Assembly (NCBI GenBank): GCA_033722675.1
Contig: JAWVYO010000003.1
Location: 1 to 54,697 of the forward strand
Reading direction: 5' to 3'
Origin: Acidimicrobiia bacterium
Lineage (GTDB): Bacteria > Actinomycetota > Acidimicrobiia > Spongiisociales > UBA11373
DNA: 54,697 nt
The translations under genes were made by a program, and so were the position numbers. Positions 51,047-54,697 of this stretch are shown piece after piece. Position 1 is the first letter of the stretch, and each line of letters opens with the position of its first letter. The notes beneath the pieces are model-generated. The model had not been told where the DNA came from and did not search any database. It saw only the letters and a program-made list of their open reading frames with translations.

Positions 51047-51516
51047 GGGTCGGCTGGGGTGTCGACGCCCATCGCTTCGGCGGGGAGGGCCCGACCCTGC
51101 TCGCCGGAGTCGTCGTCGATCCGTCCAGGGGCGTCGAGGGGACCTCCGACGCCGACGTACTCGCCCACGCCGTCGCCGACGCGATCCTCGGCGCGTGTGC
51201 CCTCGGCGATCTCGGCGAGCACTTCCCCTCCGGGGACCCCCGCTGGGCTGGCGCCGACTCGATGGGGATCCTCACGGAGGTCGTGGCCATGGCGACGGCG
51301 GCCGGCCACCGTGTCGTGTCCGTCGACGCCACCGTCCTCGCCGAGCGGGTGCGGGTCGCCCCCCACCGGGACCGGATCCGCGACGCGCTCGCGTCGACCC
51401 TCGGCGTGGACCCGTCGGCCGTCTCCGTGAAGGCCACGACGACGGACGGCATGGGCTTCCTGGGCCGCGACGAGGGCATCGCCGCGACGGCGGTCGTCGT
51501 GACGACCCCCGCCTGA
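51043..51516 (+). CDS. ispF: 2-C-methyl-D-erythritol 2,4-cyclodiphosphate synthase
   Basis: RVGWGVDAH, SDADVLAHAVADA, GDLGEHFP, VSVKATTTDGMGF.GR.EG. Confidence 0.95.
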   Translation: MRVGWGVDAHRFGGEGPTLLAGVVVDPSRGVEGTSDADVLAHAVADAILGACALGDLGEHFPSGDPRWAGADSMGILTEVVAMATAAGHRVVSVDATVLAERVRVAPHRDRIRDALASTLGVDPSAVSVKATTTDGMGFLGRDEGIAATAVVVTTPA

Positions 51517-51520
51517 GCGG

Positions 51521-52219
51521 TCAGTCCAGCGCCGCGAGGGCCACGTCGGGGACGTTCGTGATGATCCCCGCGACGCCGGCGGCGGCGAGCGCCCGGACCT
51601 CGTCGGGGTCGTCGACGGTCCACACGACCACCTGGAGCCGGCGGGCCCCGGCTCCGCGCACCACGGCTCCCAGGTCGGCGTTCCTGACGTCCTCGACGGC
51701 GGGATGGACGGTGTCGTAGGGAGCCGCCGTGTCCAGGACCGCGAAGGGATCGACGCCCTCGAGCACGAGCAGACCGGTGCGGTGCGATCCGGCCTCGCGC
51801 AGGGACCGGGCGACGGTCGTGGGATTGAAGGACGTGATGAGCGTCCCCGGGGGGATCGCGTCGACCACCGCGGCCAGGACCTCGTCGTCGGGGTCGAAGC
51901 CGGGCTCGGAGGGCGCGTTCTTGATCTCGGCGTTCACCCACATGCCGTCGCAGGCGGCCAGAGCCTCCTCGAGGGTCGGGACCCAGGGTGCGGCCGAGCG
52001 CAGATCCCGCATCGGCGTCGTCGGGAGCGGACCCACCCCGTCGACGGCCGGATCGTGATGGACGACCAGGACGCCGTCCGCGGTGCGGCGGACGTCGAAC
52101 TCCACGGCGTCGGCGCCCAGGTCCCGGGCGACCCGGAAGGCCGCCAGCGTGTTCTCCCGCTCGGCGGCGCTCGCCCCCCGGTGGGCGATGATCCATGGGC
52201 GATCGCTCGGTGGCTGCAC
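51521..52219 (-). CDS. Glycerophosphodiester phosphodiesterase
   Basis: IAHRGAS..ERENT, VEFDVRRTADG..VVHHD, NAEIK, VWTVDD, GIITN.P. Confidence 0.92.
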   Translation of the reverse strand: MQPPSDRPWIIAHRGASAAERENTLAAFRVARDLGADAVEFDVRRTADGVLVVHHDPAVDGVGPLPTTPMRDLRSAAPWVPTLEEALAACDGMWVNAEIKNAPSEPGFDPDDEVLAAVVDAIPPGTLITSFNPTTVARSLREAGSHRTGLLVLEGVDPFAVLDTAAPYDTVHPAVEDVRNADLGAVVRGAGARRLQVVVWTVDDPDEVRALAAAGVAGIITNVPDVALAALD

Positions 52220-52258
52220 GGGAGGAGGCTATCGCTCATCGCTACCATCCGGTCACCG

Positions 52259-53662
52259 ATGCGCCTCTACAACACCCTCGGCCGCGCCCTCCAGGACTTC
52301 GAGCCCGGGGCCCCCGGCGCGGTCTCCATGTACGTCTGCGGACCGACGGTCCAGTCCGCTCCCCACGTCGGCCACGGTCGCCAGGCCGTCGCCTTCGACG
52401 TGATCCGGCGCTACCTCACGTGGCGCGGGTACGAGGTCACCTATGTCACCAACATCACCGATGTCGACGACAAGATCATCGCCGCCGCCGCCGACCAGGG
52501 GATCTCCACCGACGACGTCGCCACCGCCGCCACCGAACAGTTCCTCGACGCCTATCGGCGGCTCAACGTCCTGCCGCCCGACGCGCTCTGCTACGCCACC
52601 GCCCACATCCCCCAGATGCAGGACCTCATCCGGCGCCTCATCGACGCCGGGCACGCCTACGCGGCCGGTGGCGACGTGTACTTCGACGTCCGATCCTTCC
52701 CCGGCTACGGCAAGCTCTCGGGTCGCGACGTCGACGAACTGCTCGCCGGCGCCCGGATCGCCCCCGGCGAGCACAAGCGGGACCCCGCCGACTTCGCGCT
52801 CTGGAAGGCGTCGAAGCCGGGGGAGCCCTCGTGGGACTCGCCCTGGGGGCCCGGACGGCCCGGTTGGCACATCGAATGCTCGGCGATGGCCGAACAGGAG
52901 CTCGGCTTCGGCTTCGACATCCACGGTGGCGGGCTCGACCTGATCTTCCCCCACCACGAGAACGAGATCGCCCAGTCGGAAGCGGCGGCGGGGGACGAGC
53001 CCTTCGCGCGCTACTGGCTCCACAACGGCATGGTGGAGCTCGGCGGCGAGAAAATGGCCAAGTCCACCGGAAACGTCTTCGGCCTCCTCGACCTCCTCGC
53101 CGAGTACCGTCCCGAGGCCGTGCGGCTCTTCTACCTGCGGGCCCACTACCGCGCGCCGATCGAGTACGGCTCCGACACCCTCGCCGACGCCACCGCGTCG
53201 CTCGAACGACTCTGGGCCTTCCGCCGACGGGTCGGCGACACCGACGCCGGCCCCGACACCGAGGTCCTCGACGCCTTCCGGGACGCGATGGACGACGACC
53301 TGAACACCGCGGGGGCGGTCGCCGTCCTCTTCGACCTCGTCCGCCGGGGCAACATCCTCCTCGACGACGGGGAGGACGCCGGACCCCTCGGCGCCGCCTA
53401 CGAGGAGATCGCCGGCGTGCTCGGCATCCTCGAGCCCCCCGCCGCCCTCGACGACCTCGCCGGTCCGCTCGCCTCGCTCGCCGAGGACGTCGGGGTACCC
53501 GGCGCCGCCCCATCGGAGATCGTCGACGCGCTCATCGCCCGGCGGTCCCGCGCCCGCGAGGACCGCGAATGGGACGTCGCCGACACGATCCGCGACCGAC
53601 TCCTCGACCTCGGGATCGTCCTCGAGGACGCCGCCGATGGCACCCGCTGGCATCGGCGATAG
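52259..53662 (+). CDS. cysS: Cysteine--tRNA ligase
   Basis: [54 protein letters not shown]. Confidence 0.98.
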   Translation: MRLYNTLGRALQDFEPGAPGAVSMYVCGPTVQSAPHVGHGRQAVAFDVIRRYLTWRGYEVTYVTNITDVDDKIIAAAADQGISTDDVATAATEQFLDAYRRLNVLPPDALCYATAHIPQMQDLIRRLIDAGHAYAAGGDVYFDVRSFPGYGKLSGRDVDELLAGARIAPGEHKRDPADFALWKASKPGEPSWDSPWGPGRPGWHIECSAMAEQELGFGFDIHGGGLDLIFPHHENEIAQSEAAAGDEPFARYWLHNGMVELGGEKMAKSTGNVFGLLDLLAEYRPEAVRLFYLRAHYRAPIEYGSDTLADATASLERLWAFRRRVGDTDAGPDTEVLDAFRDAMDDDLNTAGAVAVLFDLVRRGNILLDDGEDAGPLGAAYEEIAGVLGILEPPAALDDLAGPLASLAEDVGVPGAAPSEIVDALIARRSRAREDREWDVADTIRDRLLDLGIVLEDAADGTRWHRR

Positions 53663-54365
53663 CGTCGAGGGCGTCCACGCCGTCGCCGCGGCGATCGCCG
53701 CGGGCAGGGTCCGGCGTCTCCACGTCGAGCGCGGGCGCCGGGACGCCCTGGACGACCTGATCGAGACGGCGCGAGCCGCCGGTGCCGACGTGGCCGTCGT
53801 CGGCGACGTCCGGCCCATCGCCACCACCACGACGCCCCAGGGTGTCGTCGCCGAGTGCCGCCCCCTCCGCACCCTCGATCTCGACGAGGCCGTCGCCGTC
53901 GCCACCCCCGCCGCCCTCGTGCTCCTCGATCACCTCGAGGATCCCCGCAACGTCGGCGCCGTCGCCCGCTCCGCGCTCGCCGCCGGTATGGGGGCGCTCG
54001 TCGTGGCCCGGCGCCGCTCCGCCCCGCTGTCGGCCTCCACCTTCAAGGCCGCGGCCGGAGCCCTCGAGTACCTCCCGATCTGCGAGGTCTCGTCGATCGC
54101 CGCAGCCGTCGACGACCTCCGGCGGGCCGACGTGTGGACCGTCGGCCTCGATGCCGGCGGCGACTCGTCGCTCTTCGGACTCGGCCTGCTCACCGAACCG
54201 GTCGGCATCGTCGTCGGCGCCGAAGGGGCCGGACTCTCCCGGCTCGTGCGCGACCGCGTCGACGTCGTCGCCTCCATCCCCCTCGCCCCCGAGGTGGAGA
54301 GCCTCAACGCCTCCGTCGCCGCCGCCCTCGCCGTGTTCGAGGTCCGGCGCCAGCGATCCGCCTAG
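53637..54365 (+). CDS. rlmB: 23S rRNA (Gm2251) 2'-O-methyltransferase, SpoU family
   Basis: LDHLEDPRNVGAVARS, VVGAEGAGL, IPL..EVESLNASVAA; follows cysS. Confidence 0.88.
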   Translation: MAPAGIGDSVEGVHAVAAAIAAGRVRRLHVERGRRDALDDLIETARAAGADVAVVGDVRPIATTTTPQGVVAECRPLRTLDLDEAVAVATPAALVLLDHLEDPRNVGAVARSALAAGMGALVVARRRSAPLSASTFKAAAGALEYLPICEVSSIAAAVDDLRRADVWTVGLDAGGDSSLFGLGLLTEPVGIVVGAEGAGLSRLVRDRVDVVASIPLAPEVESLNASVAAALAVFEVRRQRSA

Positions 54366-54383
54366 CGGTACGCTTCGCGTCCC

Positions 54384-54457
54384 GCCGGCGTAGCTCAGAC
54401 GGCCAGAGCAACGGTCTTGTAAACCGTAGGTCCCGGGTTCGAATCCCGGCGCCGGCT
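54384..54457 (+). tRNA. tRNA-Thr (anticodon TGT)
   Basis: GCCGGCG-TAGCTCAGACGGCCAGAGC-A-ACGGT-CT-TGT-AA-ACCGT-AGGTC-CCGGG-TTCGAAT-CCCGG-CGCCGGC-T; -10 TACGCT at 54369; CCA not encoded. Confidence 0.96.
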
Positions 54458-54469
54458 CAGCACCTTCTT

Positions 54470-54697
54470 CCCGGGCCGACTTCGGCGGCTGACGCCGCCG
54501 AACAGGCGCCGGTCGGCCCTCCTCCGCCAGATGGGGCCCCAACCCCATCGGCGGCCGTGTCCTGCCTTTTCCCGGGCCTTGCGGTCCGCTCCGCTGAGGC
54601 CGTTCCCTGTTTTCTGCCCGGGCCGACTTCGGCGGCTGACGCCGCCGAACAGGCGCCGGTCGGCCCTCCTCCGCCAGATGGGGCCCCAACCCCATCG
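54470..54697. repeat. Structured direct repeat (at least 81 nt identical, period 147 nt), truncated by the window end
   Basis: 54470-54550 is identical to 54617-54697; each copy contains nested inverted repeats. Confidence 0.9.

Noticed and set aside
52220-52258. T-box leaders for cysS or lysS; c-di-AMP (ydaO) riboswitch before trkA
   Set aside because: There is insufficient intergenic space (lysS overlaps coaX; cysS has 39 nt) and I see no consensus elements.
54470-54697. Terminal repeat as a CRISPR array
   Set aside because: The repeat unit is at least 81 nt with a 66-nt structured interval, only two copies are visible, and there are no cas genes; this is outside CRISPR dimensions.

Overview
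Very GC-rich (about 70% or more by eye) actinobacterial chromosome segment. Acidimicrobiia is the likely class (inference from gene content, Thr-rich lipoprotein linkers and gene order). It is almost entirely core genome. In order: a cation-homeostasis cluster (nhaA / trkA-trkH-hppA); a histidine phosphatase + PimB-like GT4; topA-acyltransferase-MFS-tmk-holB; a few oxidoreductases; pirin; tRNA-Thr(CGT); a SigH/SigR-RsrA redox sigma/anti-sigma pair; the tilS-hpt-ftsH-fol-pan-coaX-lysS-clpC superoperon (with a class I aldolase and a polyprenyl synthase inserted on the opposite strand); a nucleoside ABC transporter + YhhQ-family transporter; radA-disA-carD-yacL-ispD-ispF-cysS-rlmB; tRNA-Thr(TGT); and a structured direct repeat running off the window end. 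I see no CRISPR, integrase, transposase, prophage or defence system. The most interesting signals are cryptic ones: (i) a catalytically dead DUSP/PTP-fold protein in the folB slot of the folate operon; (ii) a pan-motif-like bulged-A hairpin covering the RBS of the pantothenate genes; (iii) several genes whose best SD points to a CUG start; (iv) a readable SigH/SigR regulon (pirin, rsrA, a 63-aa Zn-finger protein, clpC); (v) a structured leader on nhaA; (vi) a Lys-tailed CarD with a rare-codon patch; (vii) the terminal palindromic repeat. All product calls come from motif recognition, not database searches.
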